This document shows positions 19,101 to 28,589 of a stretch of DNA of 64,000 bases, one piece after another; within the stretch, counting starts at the first letter, position 1; every line of letters starts with the position of its first letter. Source of the DNA: Candidatus Eiseniibacteriota bacterium (GTDB lineage Bacteria > Eisenbacteria > RBG-16-71-46 > CAZAMP01). The position numbers were made by a program, and so were the translations under genes. Under the pieces are notes generated by a model. That model made no database searches. It saw nothing but the letters and a program-made list of their open reading frames with translations, and was not told the DNA's origin. The stretch lies in contig OZ245046.1 of assembly GCA_965224245.1 (NCBI GenBank), forward strand, positions 1,536,001 through 1,600,000. Reading direction: 5' to 3'.

Positions 19101-19500
19101 CTCGGCGTCGACACCCGAGGGGGAGGAGAACAGACGGAGGATCGACACCGTTCGCTTCTTCGTAAACGGCGACGAGAAGGTCGTCCGCGGCAACACCGAC
19201 GAGCACGTGTTCACGTGGTCGAGCGGCGACGACGATCTCACGTGCGGGATCGAGCTGGTGTACGGCGGTCGCACCATCGGCGAGCTGCGCCGATCGGGGC
19301 CCTGGGGCGCCTTCCAGCTGTTCGATGCGGCCCGGATGACGCCGACCGGTGCCTCCGGCACGTATCGCGTCACGTGGTCGTTCCCCGACGCGGGCGTGAC
19401 GCTCGAGGTGCTCCTGCGCACGGAGAGCGGGGAGCCGTCGCCGTTCGCCCGGGACTCCGCGTTCCGCGGCTTCGCTCTCCCCGACTCTCCGATCGAGTAG
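16144..19500 (+). CDS. tssM: T6SS membrane subunit TssM (IcmF)
   Basis: 'PWYLVMGPPAIGKTT', 'GTRDCDWWF', 'LLDTAGRY', 'PINGLI', 'FTKCDLIAGF', 'LRGVYFSS', 'GPWGAFQL'. Confidence 0.95.
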   Translation: MAMLLPMLLPIGLPVALLILVLFLARAKFAFLAALPLWVFLGIVALLLVVAALIIVIRIRKQKADAAALEAGILDAKGGEGVSQADLDQMQEKLRDAVARLKAGPEGAKALYSIPWYLVMGPPAIGKTTLIRNSGLDFPNLTTAEKMRGTGGTRDCDWWFSSDAILLDTAGRYAQSRERTDSEEWNAFLDLLKKHRRQGPINGLILGYSIETLIDKDDSHLVDSARELRQLLDDVLERLGWTFPTYVLFTKCDLIAGFVEFFSSLSPLERQAAWGFPVEVAEGPEQHAAERFSERFRRLVERTRALRAGRIRPSAGVDDWSRAITFPEAFESLERKLHLFIETLFAPNPYKRDYPLLRGVYFSSGCQDGAPFDLVVKEIERVLGGASHDRGDALVPTEDAYFVQELFSKVLATDRQLVQRTHREGKRRFRMRAILSACMGVVTVLSCLWFATSCTLVKNKIDASQGLEEKLQRDDGSNMVYTLNLLDQLYGEVSGSFRVLPFVVARAPREDLREAYRRASREKVLGPLEKELLEKGRDASLPAFEVRDLLTTEVLLLSPENQSAVPDTARFQRTLRELARFDGDTPVRTVDQLREVGRRFLESGEPLRPTTEDDRQQMRRWARRLNASHHPEAIVAAIVAEAADALDDLELSDLLGSTDDDLLRGSREIPAAYARDGWERVVYPRLSSLDDWIEGDRTLIRLVGETPRDDPTLREDVVTYYAEELADAWSDFLRSVSLRTGSSCDEASSAYRTLKSGTRSPLLALLKNAAAQVSFEGGPADAIGVGSGLLVPIRRQTAPLTDMVAEPEDGAAPIEMYEEILGDLYHEVGECADEPGRDPEGLEDIEDFASDYRDDHAGSDISRSLELLLQAPGEDVKTLHASAKIGETIGRWQRGVVDEWRTVASSYPFDGRSSSGADVKAVCDVLRRDGAIDAFVETLGERGRQPGAALERARTRLTQVRRGIEIGDGTLETSFRITFRSSSDWISASTPEGEENRRRIDTVRFFVNGDEKVVRGNTDEHVFTWSSGDDDLTCGIELVYGGRTIGELRRSGPWGAFQLFDAARMTPTGASGTYRVTWSFPDAGVTLEVLLRTESGEPSPFARDSAFRGFALPDSPIE

Positions 19501-19509
19501 CGAGGCGTC

Positions 19510-20394
19510 ATGGCTCAGTACGGATGCTTCGGCAAGCTTCCGGTCAGCTACGAGTTCATCCGCTCGCGTCTCGCCGAGCTGGCGCCCACCGGCATGGATC
19601 GCTGGATCGGGGACGGGCTCGGCATGGCCCGGGCCGAGGTCGGTCCCGGCTACGCCAACGCGGTCCGGGAGATGCCGACCTATCACTTCGTGTGGTCGAT
19701 GGGCGGTCCCGCCGTCGCCGGGGCACTGCGTGCCGGCCGGGACGAGGCGGGGCGCGCGCACCCGTTCGTGGTCTTCGCCTCGGTCGGCGATCCGGTCGGG
19801 GGTGGAGGCGGCTGGACACCGGCGGAGGTCGGCGCCGTCGTGCGAGCCGCCGAGCGAGCCGGGGCGGCCGCCGCCGAGGCGCGCACCGAGGACGACGTGA
19901 AGGCATGCGTCGCGGCGGCGCGCGAGCTCGACGACGCACTGACCGACAGTGAACGCGTGCTCGACGTCGCCGGTGCGGCACCACTCGCGCGAGCTCTGGG
20001 TATCGCCGGCGGACGCGACGGGTTCCGGGCCGCGCTCACCTGGCCGGATGCGGCCGCACGCACCGGCTTCGAATGTCCGATCGGGGCCCGTGACGGGATC
20101 GATGCGTTCGGCGACGTCGCATTCTGGGAGCGGCTCACGTGCGCACGGGCCGGGCTGAGGCCTGGGACCGGCGTATGGTTCTGGACCGCGCCCGGCGGCG
20201 GTGTCGCGGGGCGCTGGATCCGGTTTTCGGACTCGCCGGGCCCGCGAGCATTCGTGACGCTCCTTCGGCGCCGTGACGACGACCCCGAGGTCCACCACGT
20301 GGCGCGCCCCGCCGATGCGGCCGCCGATCCCCTTGCAGGTGGTGATGCCGAGGGCGGGGAGGAGACGCTGGCCCGCCTTCTCTCGGGGCTCTGA
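19510..20394 (+). CDS. tagF: T6SS-associated regulator TagF
   Basis: 'GCFGKLP..EFI', 'DRWI', 'RDEAGRAHPF'; follows tssM. Confidence 0.8.
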   Translation: MAQYGCFGKLPVSYEFIRSRLAELAPTGMDRWIGDGLGMARAEVGPGYANAVREMPTYHFVWSMGGPAVAGALRAGRDEAGRAHPFVVFASVGDPVGGGGGWTPAEVGAVVRAAERAGAAAAEARTEDDVKACVAAARELDDALTDSERVLDVAGAAPLARALGIAGGRDGFRAALTWPDAAARTGFECPIGARDGIDAFGDVAFWERLTCARAGLRPGTGVWFWTAPGGGVAGRWIRFSDSPGPRAFVTLLRRRDDDPEVHHVARPADAAADPLAGGDAEGGEETLARLLSGL

Positions 20395-20546
20395 TCGGCT
20401 CGGTGGCCCGGTGAGCGCGTTTGCGCTTTACTTGCTCCGGACGTGCCTTACACTGTTCCGGTTATCAATTCTCGACATGCGCGTCGACACTCGTCGGGCT
20501 CCCGTCGAGGGACCGGCGCGCCGCCCGGGAGGTCGGAGGGAACAAC

Positions 20547-21644
20547 GTGCCCAGTGCGGAACGCCTCGATTTTGCCGCTCTCCTCGCACCCATCTCGGAC
20601 GACGCTCCCGCGGGACCCGATCTCCGCGAAGATCCGTCGCCCACGGCCCCGTATCGTCAGATCAAGGACGCCCGACAGGCGGCGCTTCGCGCCGAGCGGG
20701 AGATCGTCGATGAGGACGCACCGAGCGTCACCGCGCTCTGGCGCCCCGTCATCGATCTGGCCCCGTCGACGCTGGCCACGGGTTCGAAGAACCTGGACGT
20801 CACGGCGTGGCTCATCCAGGCACTGGTGCGCGTTCACGGCTTCGCGGGTATCCGCGACGGCTATCGCCTCGTGCGCGAGCTCTGCGAGACGTTCTGGGAC
20901 ACGGTCTATCCCCTTCCCGACGAGGACGGCTTCGAGGGACGCGTCGCGCAGCTCGCCGGGCTCAACGGGCTGGAGACCGATGGGCCGCTCGTGAAGGCGA
21001 TCAACCAGATCGTGATCACCGAGGGACAATCCGTCGGTCCGTTCGCGTTGTGGGAGTATCGCCAGGCCCAGGAGATCGAGCGCATCACGGACCCCGAGGC
21101 GAAGGAACGTCGCGTGTCCGGTGGTGGCATCTCGATGGAGAAGTTCAAGATCGCCGTCTCGGAGAGCTCGCTGGAGTTCTTCGTGACGCTCCGGGACGAC
21201 GCCCGTGCCGCCCTCGAGTCCTTCGAGACGTGCACCGCCGTGCTCGACGAGCGATGCGGCGGCGAGTCACCCCCGTCGTCGTACATCCGCAACGCGCTTC
21301 GCGACGCGCTCGGCGTGGTGGAAGCGATCTGCGCCGAGGTGATCCCCGAGCCCGTCGAGGACGAGGTCGAGGCGATCGGTGACGGGGCATCCGGTGACGG
21401 AGAGGGTGGGGGCGGTGGCACGCCCGGCGCGCTCAAGTCCCGCGAGGACGCGTTCCGGATGCTGGCCAAGGTGGCCGAGTACTTCCGCCGTGCCGAGCCG
21501 CACTCGCCGGTGTCGTACGCGCTGGAGCAGGCCGTTCGCTGGGGACGGATGCCGCTGCCGGATCTCTGGGCCGAGCTGATACCGGACTCCAGCGCTCGCG
21601 AGGAGCTGTTCAAGGTCACCGGAATCCGGAGCGAGGATACGTAA
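20547..21644 (+). CDS. tssA: T6SS protein TssA (ImpA N-terminal domain)
   Basis: 'LLAPISDDAPAGPDLR', 'SKNLDVTAWL', 'FWDTVYP', 'SREDAF...YFRRAEPHSPV...AVRWG'; GTG start after GGAGGG. Confidence 0.93.
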   Translation: MPSAERLDFAALLAPISDDAPAGPDLREDPSPTAPYRQIKDARQAALRAEREIVDEDAPSVTALWRPVIDLAPSTLATGSKNLDVTAWLIQALVRVHGFAGIRDGYRLVRELCETFWDTVYPLPDEDGFEGRVAQLAGLNGLETDGPLVKAINQIVITEGQSVGPFALWEYRQAQEIERITDPEAKERRVSGGGISMEKFKIAVSESSLEFFVTLRDDARAALESFETCTAVLDERCGGESPPSSYIRNALRDALGVVEAICAEVIPEPVEDEVEAIGDGASGDGEGGGGGTPGALKSREDAFRMLAKVAEYFRRAEPHSPVSYALEQAVRWGRMPLPDLWAELIPDSSAREELFKVTGIRSEDT

Positions 21645-21662
21645 GCCGCCGCCCCGCGGCGC

Positions 21663-21694
21663 CCGACCCCATCCGCCCCGGGCGGACGGGTCGG
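21663..21694 (+). terminator. GC-rich stem-loop between tssA and tssB (terminator or RNA-stability element)
   Basis: CCGACCC..TCCGCCC / GGGCGGA..GGGTCGG inverted repeat; no U-tract. Confidence 0.4.
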
Positions 21695-21751
21695 TGAAAC
21701 CGAGTCACGAACGTCGCAAGCACGCTTGGACCGCCAGAACGGAGGAACACG

Positions 21752-22276
21752 ATGGGGAGCGTTCACGACAAGCTCAAGCGCGTGCGAAAACCACGCGTGC
21801 ACATCACGTACGAGGTCGAGACCGGCAACGCCATGGTCAAGAAGGAGCTGCCGTTCGTCGTGGGTGTGATGGGTGACTTTTCCGGCGATCCGACCTCGCC
21901 GTTGAAATCGATGAAGGATCGCAACTTCGTCCAGATCGACCGCGACAACTTCAACGACGTGATGACCAAGATGACCCCGGGAGTCAACCTCAAGGTCGCC
22001 AACACGATCAAGGGCGACGGCAGCGAGATGGCGGTCAATCTTCAGTTCAAGTCGATCGAGGACTTCGAGCCCGGCCGCATCGTGGACCAGGTCGAGCCGC
22101 TGAAGAAGCTGCTCGAGACCCGCAACAAGCTCCGCGATCTCATGTCCAAGGTGGATCGCTCGGAGGACCTCGAGGCCGTCCTCGAGAAGGTGCTGCAGAA
22201 CAGCGAGGACATCAAGGCAATCGCCAGCCAGCTCGGCGTCGAGGCGCCGTCGGGCGACGAAGGAGGTGACGCGTGA
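21752..22276 (+). CDS. tssB: T6SS contractile sheath small subunit TssB
   Basis: '[10 protein letters not shown]', '[15 protein letters not shown]', 'IDRDNF', 'DFEP'. Confidence 0.97.
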   Translation: MGSVHDKLKRVRKPRVHITYEVETGNAMVKKELPFVVGVMGDFSGDPTSPLKSMKDRNFVQIDRDNFNDVMTKMTPGVNLKVANTIKGDGSEMAVNLQFKSIEDFEPGRIVDQVEPLKKLLETRNKLRDLMSKVDRSEDLEAVLEKVLQNSEDIKAIASQLGVEAPSGDEGGDA

Positions 22277-23760
22277 GCGCCGAAGAGGAAAAGGTAGAAG
22301 GCCAGGCCGCGGAAGCCACCACCGAGGAGGCGTCTCTACTCGATCAGGCCATCGCCGCGACCAAGAAGACCGAGCGTTCCGAAGCCGAGAGCCTGCTCAA
22401 GACGCTCACCGAAGAGGCCATGAAGGGAACGGTCACGTGGGACAAGAACCTCACCGTGACCTTCAACAAGGCCGTGGCCGGAATCGACGAGATCATCTCC
22501 AAGCAGCTCGCCGAGATCATGCACGCCGACAAGCTCCAGAAGCTCGAGGGCACCTGGCGCGGCCTGCATCATCTCGTCATGAACAGCGAGACCGGCGCGG
22601 GGCTCAAGATCAAGGTCTTCAACGCGACCAAGAGGGAGGTCCAGAAGGACCTAGAGAAGGCCGTGGAGTTCGATCAGAGCAACTGCTTCAAGAAGCTCTA
22701 CGAGAACGAGTTCGGACAGCCCGGAGGCGAGCCGTACGGCGCGCTGATCGGGGACTATGCGTTCTCGAGCCACCCCGACGACATCGACATGCTCACGAAC
22801 ATGTCGAACGTCGCCGCGGCGGCATTCTGTCCGTTCATCAGCGCCGCGGCCCCGGAGCTCTTCGGGTTCGACAGCTGGGAGGAGCTCTCCAAGCCGCGTG
22901 ACCTGGAGAAGGTCTTCGAGTCCGCCGAGTTCGCCAAGTGGCGCTCGTTCCGTGAGTCCGACGACTCGCGCTTCGTGAGCCTGGCCATGCCGCGGGTGCT
23001 CTCGCGCCTGCCATACGGCTCGGCGACCAAGCAAATCGACGAGTTCGAATACGAGGAGTTCGAGACCGACTCCAAGGGACGGCACGTCAACGTGAAGCAC
23101 GACAACTACACGTGGATGAACGCCGCCTACGTCATGGGAACGCGGCTGACGGACGCCTACTCGCAGTACGGATGGTGCACCGCGATCCGCGGCGCCGAGG
23201 GCGGCGGCAAGGTGGAGGGCCTTCCGGCACACACCTTCACCACCGACGACGGCGACACCGACCTCAAGTGTCCGACCGAGATCGCCGTCACCGATCGCCG
23301 CGAGGCGGAGCTCTCGAAGCTCGGGTTCCTGCCCCTCAGCCACTACAAGAACACCGACTACGCGGTGTTCATGGGCGGCCAGACCTGCCAGAAGCCGAAG
23401 GTGTACGACGACGCCGACGCGACCGCGAACGCGGCCATCTCGGCGCGGCTGCCGTACATCATGGCCACGTCGCGCTTCGCCCACTACCTGAAGGTGATGG
23501 GGCGCGACAAGATCGGGTCGTTCATGGAGGCATCCGACGCCGAGGCGTGGCTGAATCGCTGGATCATGAACTACGTGAACTCCAACGCCTCGTCCGGACA
23601 GGAGATGAAGGCGAAGTTCCCGCTTCGTGACGCGAAGGTGGAGGTCAAGGAGATCCCGGGCGCGCCGGGCAGCTACAACGCCGTGGCCTGGCTGCAGCCG
23701 TGGCTTCAGATGGAGGAGCTGACGACCTCACTCCGCATGGTCGCGCGCATTCCGGGCTGA
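22273..23760 (+). CDS. tssC: T6SS contractile sheath large subunit TssC (canonical copy)
   Basis: 'LEGTWRGL', '[11 protein letters not shown]', 'RLPYG', '[17 protein letters not shown]', '[12 protein letters not shown]', 'SRFAHYLK'. Confidence 0.97.
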   Translation: MSAEEEKVEGQAAEATTEEASLLDQAIAATKKTERSEAESLLKTLTEEAMKGTVTWDKNLTVTFNKAVAGIDEIISKQLAEIMHADKLQKLEGTWRGLHHLVMNSETGAGLKIKVFNATKREVQKDLEKAVEFDQSNCFKKLYENEFGQPGGEPYGALIGDYAFSSHPDDIDMLTNMSNVAAAAFCPFISAAAPELFGFDSWEELSKPRDLEKVFESAEFAKWRSFRESDDSRFVSLAMPRVLSRLPYGSATKQIDEFEYEEFETDSKGRHVNVKHDNYTWMNAAYVMGTRLTDAYSQYGWCTAIRGAEGGGKVEGLPAHTFTTDDGDTDLKCPTEIAVTDRREAELSKLGFLPLSHYKNTDYAVFMGGQTCQKPKVYDDADATANAAISARLPYIMATSRFAHYLKVMGRDKIGSFMEASDAEAWLNRWIMNYVNSNASSGQEMKAKFPLRDAKVEVKEIPGAPGSYNAVAWLQPWLQMEELTTSLRMVARIPG

Positions 23761-23771
23761 TCTCGCCATCG

Positions 23772-23800
23772 GGGCGGGCTCTTCGCGGGCCCGCCCGTTT
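23772..23800 (+). terminator. Stem-loop after first tssC
   Basis: GGGCGGGCTC-TTCGC-GGGCCCGCCC then GTTT; further hairpins up to ~23905. Confidence 0.5.
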
Positions 23801-23922
23801 CGATCACCGTCTTCATCGCGCCGGACGGGCCTCGGTGCAAGACGTCCGGCGCCGGCTCGGGGGGCGCGATCCCCGCTCCGGGGGTGCGCCCTCCTTCAGT
23901 TTCTTCGAGGTGAACGTCGAGC

Positions 23923-25449
23923 ATGCCTCATGAGGCGACATCTGAACGGCTTTCGCTGGAGACGCTCGTCGACGTGACGCTGGCGACGGCCCGCGAGCCG
24001 GGCCGGCTGGACGCGTTCCTGACCGCAGCCAGCCCCTGGGTGTCGCTCGCCGTGTGGGCCGGCGGAGCCGAGGCCCTCCGGACGTTCGACTCCCGCGAGG
24101 CGCTCTCCTTTGCGCTCCACCGGGACATGGCCCGCCTCGACGCGATGCTCGAGCGTCAGATGAACGCCATCCTGCACCATCCGCGCTTTCAGGGTCTAGA
24201 GGCTTCCTGGCGCGGGCTCCGGTACCTCGTCGACGTGGTGACGGCGCTGGACGATACCCGCTCGGTCGAGGTACGCGCCCTCAATGCGTCGTGGAAGGAG
24301 GTCACGCGCGACGTGGAGCGCGCGATCGAGTTCGATCAGATGTCGCTGTTCCGGAAGGTCTACAGCGACGAGTTCGGACGGCCCGGCGGAAAGCCTTTCG
24401 GGGTGCTCCTGGCCGACTACGAGATTCGTCACCGGCCGGATCGAGATCATCCGTACGTGGATCTCGACACGCTGGAGGGCCTGATGCAGGTGTCGGCGGC
24501 CGCACTGGCGCCGTTGATCCTCGGTGCGCATCCGGCGCTGTTCGGCGTGGATCGGTTCGACGAGCTGGTCACGATCCGTGATCTTCCCGAGACGTTCCGG
24601 TCGGTCGACTACGTGAAGTGGCGCGCGCTGCGCGAAACGCCGGACAGCCGCTACGTCGCGATCACGGTTCCCCGCGTCCTCATGCGCCCGATCTACGGTG
24701 ACGATCCGATGCGCAGGGACCGCTTCCGGTTCACCGAAGCGCTGGAGACCGAGGACGGTCGAGACGCGCATCTCTTCGGGACCGCGGTCTACGCCTACGG
24801 CGCGGTGCTCGTGCGCAGCTTCACCGACTCGGGGTGGTTCGGAGACATCCGTGGCATCCGGCGCGACGACGAGGGTGGGGGGCTCGTGCCGCTGATGGAC
24901 GTGGAATGGTTCGACACCGATCGTCGGGGCCTCGTGCCCAAGCCGGTGACCGACGTCGTCCTGCCCTCCGACGTCGAGGAGACGCTCAGCGAGCTGGGCT
25001 TCCTGACGCTCTGTCGCTGCTGGCAGACCGAGCGGTGCGCGTTCACGAACAGCCAGACGTTTCAGAAGCCGGCGGTGTACGACACGCTCGACGCGACGAC
25101 GAACGCACGTCTCTCTGCGCTTCTGCAGTACGTGCTGTGCGCGTCACGTTTCGGCCACTACATCAAGGTCCTGATGCGCGAGAAGGTCGGGTCGTTGCTG
25201 ACGGCCGCCGAGATCGAGCGCTACCTCGCCCGGTGGCTTCACGCCTACACGGCCGCCACCGACGACCTCGAGGTCGAGCTCCGCGCCAAGCACCCGCTTC
25301 GAGACGCACGGGTCGCGGTCAGCGAGAAGCCCGGGCTGCCGGGCACCTACGACTGCGTCGCTCACCTTCAACCCCATTTCCAGGTCGACCAGATGGTCTC
25401 CGCGCTCAAGCTCGTCACCGAGCTGTCGGGCGGCGCGAGATCCGGTTGA
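23923..25449 (+). CDS. tssC: Second, divergent TssC (ImpD-like paralog)
   Basis: 'ILHHPRFQGLEASWRGL', 'EFGRPGGKPFG', 'SRFGHYIKV', 'HPLRDARV', 'HLQPHFQ'. Confidence 0.9.
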   Translation: MPHEATSERLSLETLVDVTLATAREPGRLDAFLTAASPWVSLAVWAGGAEALRTFDSREALSFALHRDMARLDAMLERQMNAILHHPRFQGLEASWRGLRYLVDVVTALDDTRSVEVRALNASWKEVTRDVERAIEFDQMSLFRKVYSDEFGRPGGKPFGVLLADYEIRHRPDRDHPYVDLDTLEGLMQVSAAALAPLILGAHPALFGVDRFDELVTIRDLPETFRSVDYVKWRALRETPDSRYVAITVPRVLMRPIYGDDPMRRDRFRFTEALETEDGRDAHLFGTAVYAYGAVLVRSFTDSGWFGDIRGIRRDDEGGGLVPLMDVEWFDTDRRGLVPKPVTDVVLPSDVEETLSELGFLTLCRCWQTERCAFTNSQTFQKPAVYDTLDATTNARLSALLQYVLCASRFGHYIKVLMREKVGSLLTAAEIERYLARWLHAYTAATDDLEVELRAKHPLRDARVAVSEKPGLPGTYDCVAHLQPHFQVDQMVSALKLVTELSGGARSG

Positions 25450-25465
25450 GGAGCCGAGGTCCAGT

Positions 25466-26269
25466 ATGAAGAAGGCGATCGAGCACTACGAGAGAGGCGA
25501 GCTGGACGAGGCGATCTCGGCCATGAACGATGAGGTGCGGTCCGATCCCACCGATCACGCTCGGCGGAGTTTCCTGTGCGAGCTCCTGTGCTTCGCGCGC
25601 AACTTCGAGCGCGCCGACAAGCAGCTGGAGATCATGCTCAACCAGCTTCCCGACGATGCGCCGGGGGTCGCGGTGTTGCGGCAGCTGGTGCGAGCCGAGC
25701 TGGATCGCCAGGAGTTTTTCTCCCAGGGGCGTGTTCCCGAGTTCCTGGCCGAGCCCGACGAGGCGCTGCAGCGGTACCTCAGGGCGTCGATCGCGATCCG
25801 AGAGGGCGACGCCGTCGCCGCGGCCACGCTCCTGGCCGAGGCCGAGGAGGCCAGGAGCCCGCGAGCCGGCACGTGTGACGGCGAGCGGATCGACGACTTC
25901 CGAGACCTCGACGATCTCACCGCCGGTGTGGTCGAGACGCTCACCAGCACCGGCAAGTACTACTGGGTGCCGGTGAGTCGCATTCGATCGATGACGTTCC
26001 ATCCGCCCGAGCGCCCGTTCGATCTGATCTGGCGCCGAACGATGATGGACGTGGAGGACGGGCCCGAGGGCGAGGTCTACGTTCCGACGCGCTACGCGCC
26101 CGGACCCGACGAGGACGACGCGGCGCGTCTCGTCCGGCGAACCGACTGGATCGGGAGCGACGGCGAGGCGGTGCGGGGAGTGGGACAGCGCATGTTCCTG
26201 TGCGGCGCGGAGCCGCGACCGATTCTGGAGATCGGCTCGATCACGCTCGACGAGTCGGGGGAGGGCTAG
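25466..26269 (+). CDS. tagJ: T6SS accessory protein TagJ (ImpE/SciE)
   Basis: 'R.FLCELLCF...ERADKQL', 'FRDLDD', 'GKYYWVP', 'DLIWR', 'VPTRY', 'R.TDW', 'GVGQR'. Confidence 0.9.
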   Translation: MKKAIEHYERGELDEAISAMNDEVRSDPTDHARRSFLCELLCFARNFERADKQLEIMLNQLPDDAPGVAVLRQLVRAELDRQEFFSQGRVPEFLAEPDEALQRYLRASIAIREGDAVAAATLLAEAEEARSPRAGTCDGERIDDFRDLDDLTAGVVETLTSTGKYYWVPVSRIRSMTFHPPERPFDLIWRRTMMDVEDGPEGEVYVPTRYAPGPDEDDAARLVRRTDWIGSDGEAVRGVGQRMFLCGAEPRPILEIGSITLDESGEG

Positions 26270-26275
26270 GCGCGC

Positions 26276-26773
26276 ATGGCGCACATCCCCGTCGATCAGC
26301 CGGTCGTCCCATCCGTCCTGGATCGCCTGATCCTCGACGATCCGTCGAGCACCCGCGATCCGGACAAGAGCTGGGGCGTCGTGCTGCGCGAGCTGCGTGA
26401 GTCCGTCCGGCGGGATCTCGAGAACTTTCTGAACACGCGCCAGCGCTGCCGCTCCTGGCCCGCGGCGCTCGGCGAGCTCAATCGCTCGCTCATCAACTAC
26501 GGGGTACCCGACTTCACCGGCGCGGGGCTGGGCTCCGACGAGAGCCGATCCCGGTTTCGGCGCTCGCTCGAGGTCCTGATCCGCTCGTTCGAGCCGCGTT
26601 TCAAGACCGTGAGGGTGACGGTGCTCGAGAACGCGAACCCCGCCGACCGGACGCTGCGGCTGCGCATCGACGCGCTCCTTCACGCCGAGCCGGCACCCGA
26701 GCCGCTCTCCTTCGACACGACCGTCGAGCCGGTGAGCCGTACGTTCGAGGTCAGAGGAGCCGACGATGTCTGA
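26276..26773 (+). CDS. tssE: T6SS baseplate subunit TssE
   Basis: 'SVLDRL', 'SVRRDLENFLNTR', 'SLINYGVPD', 'FEPR'. Confidence 0.95.
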   Translation: MAHIPVDQPVVPSVLDRLILDDPSSTRDPDKSWGVVLRELRESVRRDLENFLNTRQRCRSWPAALGELNRSLINYGVPDFTGAGLGSDESRSRFRRSLEVLIRSFEPRFKTVRVTVLENANPADRTLRLRIDALLHAEPAPEPLSFDTTVEPVSRTFEVRGADDV

Positions 26774-28589
26774 GCCGCTCCTCGATCACTACAACCGGGA
26801 GCTCGACTACATCCGCCGTCTGGGCGCCGAGTTCGCCCGGGAGAACCCGCTCATCGCGGGACGCCTGGGGCTCGGACCGAGCGGCACCGTCGAGGACCCC
26901 CACGTCGCGCGCCTGATCGAGTCGTTTGCGTTCATCTCGGCCCGCACGCGACAGAAGCTCGAGGACGACTTCCCCGAGCTGACCAGCGCACTGCTGGGCG
27001 TGTTGTACCCGCACTACCTGGCGCCCCTGCCGTCGATGGCGATCGCGCGTTTCGACGCGCAGCCGGAGCTGACCAGCGGTCACACGCTGCCGCGCCACAC
27101 GCTCGTCGAGACCGACCCCGTGGACGGAGAGCCGTGCCTGTTCCGGACGGGGTATCCGGTGACGCTCTGGCCCATCGGCATCTCCGACGCGGCGCTCGTG
27201 CGCAGGCCGTTCTCGATCACGGTACCGCCGGGGGCCCAGGACGCGGTCGCCGTGCTGAGGCTCGTTCTCGATGGTCTCTCGAAGGACGTCAGCTTCGCCG
27301 AGCTCCAGCCCGAGTCGTTGCGGCTGTTCATCTCGGCTCCGGTGCCGGCATGCCACCACCTGTACGAGCTTCTGGTCAACAACGTGCTCGAGGTCGCGGT
27401 GGCCACCGGTCCCGACGACAAGAAGCCGATACCGCTGGGGGCCGACGCCATCCAGCCCGTCGGCTTCGGGCGCGACGAGCTGCTGCTGCCGGTACCGGCG
27501 CGGTCGTTCAGCGGCTACTCGATCCTGACCGAGTTCTTCGTGTTCCGCGAGAAGTTCCTGTTCGTGGATATCGCCGGGATCGACCGGCGCGCGCTGCGTC
27601 AGATCGGCAACCACCTCGAGCTGTACCTGTACCTGCGCGGGACCGCGCAGGTGGCCGAGCAGGACGTGACCCCGACCGCGTTCTCGCTGGGCTGCACGCC
27701 CATCGTGAACCTGTTCGAGCACCGCGCCGATCCGATCCAGCTCGACGACGAACGACACGAGTATCGTGTCGTACCCGATTCACGGCGGCAGCAGGCCACC
27801 GAGGTGTACGCGATCCAGGCGGTGCACGCCACGCGCGCCGACGGGTCGGCACGCGCCTTTCATCCCCTCTACGGATTCACGCACGGGGTGCGCGACCATC
27901 TGGCCGCGGGACACTGGGTGTCGGTGCGACGTCCGGCGCCCGGTGCCGACCCGGGGACCGACGTGTTCATCCAGCTCGTGGATTCCGAGAGCGAGCCCAT
28001 GTCCCTCGACGAGCCCGTGCTGTCGGTGGAGACGCTCTGTACGAATCGCGATCTGCCGTCGCACCTGCCGTTCGGAGGAGGGCAGCCGCGGCTGGCGCTG
28101 GCGGAGGGAGGGGCGCCGATCGCGGGGATCGCGTGTCTGACCAAGCCGACCCGGACCGTCCGGCCGAGTCTCGGCCACGGCACGATGTGGCGACTGATCT
28201 CTCACCTGTCGCTCAATCATCTGTCCATCACCGGGGCGGACGATGGGGCCGCGGCGCTGCGGGAGATCATGGCCCTCTACGACTTTCGCGACTCCGACGA
28301 GACGCGGGCGTGGATCGACGGCATCTCGTCGGTCACCTCGTCCCGCGTGCTCAGGCGCGTGCGCTCGGAGGGACGTACCGGAATGGCCAACGGGCTCGAG
28401 GTGCGCGTCACGCTCCGGCCCGAACGGTTCGCGGCGGGCGGACTGTTCGTCTTCGCGTCCGTGCTCGAGCGGTTCCTCGGGCTGTACGCGCACGTCAACG
28501 GGTTCACGCAGATGGTGCTCTCGGTCGAGGGCCAGGAAGGGGAGGTTCGCCGATGGGCGCCACGAGCGGGCGATCGTCCGCTTCTGTAG
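26766..28589 (+). CDS. tssF: T6SS baseplate subunit TssF
   Basis: 'YNRELDYIR', 'DPHVARLIESFAF', 'YPHYLAPLPS', 'LGCTPIVNLF', 'CTNRDLP', 'WRLISHLSLNHLS'. Confidence 0.97.
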   Translation: MSEPLLDHYNRELDYIRRLGAEFARENPLIAGRLGLGPSGTVEDPHVARLIESFAFISARTRQKLEDDFPELTSALLGVLYPHYLAPLPSMAIARFDAQPELTSGHTLPRHTLVETDPVDGEPCLFRTGYPVTLWPIGISDAALVRRPFSITVPPGAQDAVAVLRLVLDGLSKDVSFAELQPESLRLFISAPVPACHHLYELLVNNVLEVAVATGPDDKKPIPLGADAIQPVGFGRDELLLPVPARSFSGYSILTEFFVFREKFLFVDIAGIDRRALRQIGNHLELYLYLRGTAQVAEQDVTPTAFSLGCTPIVNLFEHRADPIQLDDERHEYRVVPDSRRQQATEVYAIQAVHATRADGSARAFHPLYGFTHGVRDHLAAGHWVSVRRPAPGADPGTDVFIQLVDSESEPMSLDEPVLSVETLCTNRDLPSHLPFGGGQPRLALAEGGAPIAGIACLTKPTRTVRPSLGHGTMWRLISHLSLNHLSITGADDGAAALREIMALYDFRDSDETRAWIDGISSVTSSRVLRRVRSEGRTGMANGLEVRVTLRPERFAAGGLFVFASVLERFLGLYAHVNGFTQMVLSVEGQEGEVRRWAPRAGDRPLL

